Shown piece after piece: positions 63,301-64,000 of a DNA stretch of 64,000 nucleotides. Positions within the stretch are counted from its first letter, which is position 1. Each line of letters starts with the position of its first letter. This DNA comes from Tubulanus polymorphus. Its lineage: Eukaryota; Animalia; Nemertea. Under the pieces are notes generated by a model. That model did no database searches. It was not told the DNA's origin and saw only the letters and a program-made list of their open reading frames with translations. The position numbers and the translations under genes are program-made. Location: NCBI RefSeq assembly GCF_964204645.1, contig NC_134026.1, forward strand, positions 20,246,150-20,310,149. Direction: 5' to 3'.

Positions 63301-64000
63301 TTTATTTTCTTCTGCACATGCGAAGTGCTAAAAATGAAAAAAATGATTAGGCCTAAGTATTTCAAATCTCCCTCCTCGCAACATTTGACTCCGATCAAAT
63401 GGAATCTTCATCTCCACTTCATCCTAATCTGTAGTTATTCAAACTTATGGCAGTATCGATTCCGATAAGATTCAGATGAGCTCGCGGGTCTCCGCTCGGA
63501 ACAAGCGATAAAATAGTAACCTTTCGTATTTACTGGCGATTCTGTATTCATATCTCGCATATCTTGCGGTATCATCCATCAAAATGTTATTATTCCTTCA
63601 CCGATTTCTTCCCTCCATCCGGGCAGGCTATTTGCGGGTTGAATGATATTCTTGGCCAGCCGCTCGCGCAATATCACGAGAGGATTCACAAATTCGTTCG
63701 TCTTTCGCTGTCACGTTGTGTATTAGCATATATCTAATGATTATCATTATTCTATCATTCATAACCATGGAAAATGACGATATGATGCAATGATGTGACA
63801 TTCATATTCAGACAGCCGGCTGTAGTTTGATGGGATTTTAATCAACTGCCGCATGAGCGTTGGAGCATTGCGTCGCGTCTGGTTTATCAAATATTGGTTT
63901 ATAGTAAAAGCAAGTGAGATATAAGCTGACTGGTATAGTTCCACGTTGTGCGTGTTCTTTTTAACAACGCCGACATTTTGTTTTTGTTCGCTGGACTTTT

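Overview
Intron-rich, AT-rich animal genomic DNA, probably from a marine invertebrate; the species cannot be fixed from sequence alone. Splicing by hand (GT..AG boundaries, frames checked) gives five protein-coding genes. (1) The 5' part of topoisomerase III beta (-, continues past base 1). (2) A complete slicer-type PIWI gene with 18 coding exons (-, 877 aa), directly upstream of TOP3B. (3) An uncharacterised single-pass Cys-rich membrane protein gene (-) with two paralogous terminal exons. (4) RUS1/C16orf58 (+), head-to-head with that gene. (5) A BRCT-containing family X DNA polymerase of the TdT/Pol mu class (+). An intronless, disabled gene for a secreted Frizzled-CRD/mucin/coiled-coil protein lies at about 48.2-48.9 kb. 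Introns and intergenic DNA carry many non-autonomous elements: two ~1.2 kb Helentron-type (HINE) copies with an internal ~150 bp satellite, piggyBac-, Merlin- and Harbinger-like MITEs, and several small Penelope-like relics with hammerhead-ribozyme cores. The last ~6 kb has only degenerate exon-like pieces and a long (AT)n tract.
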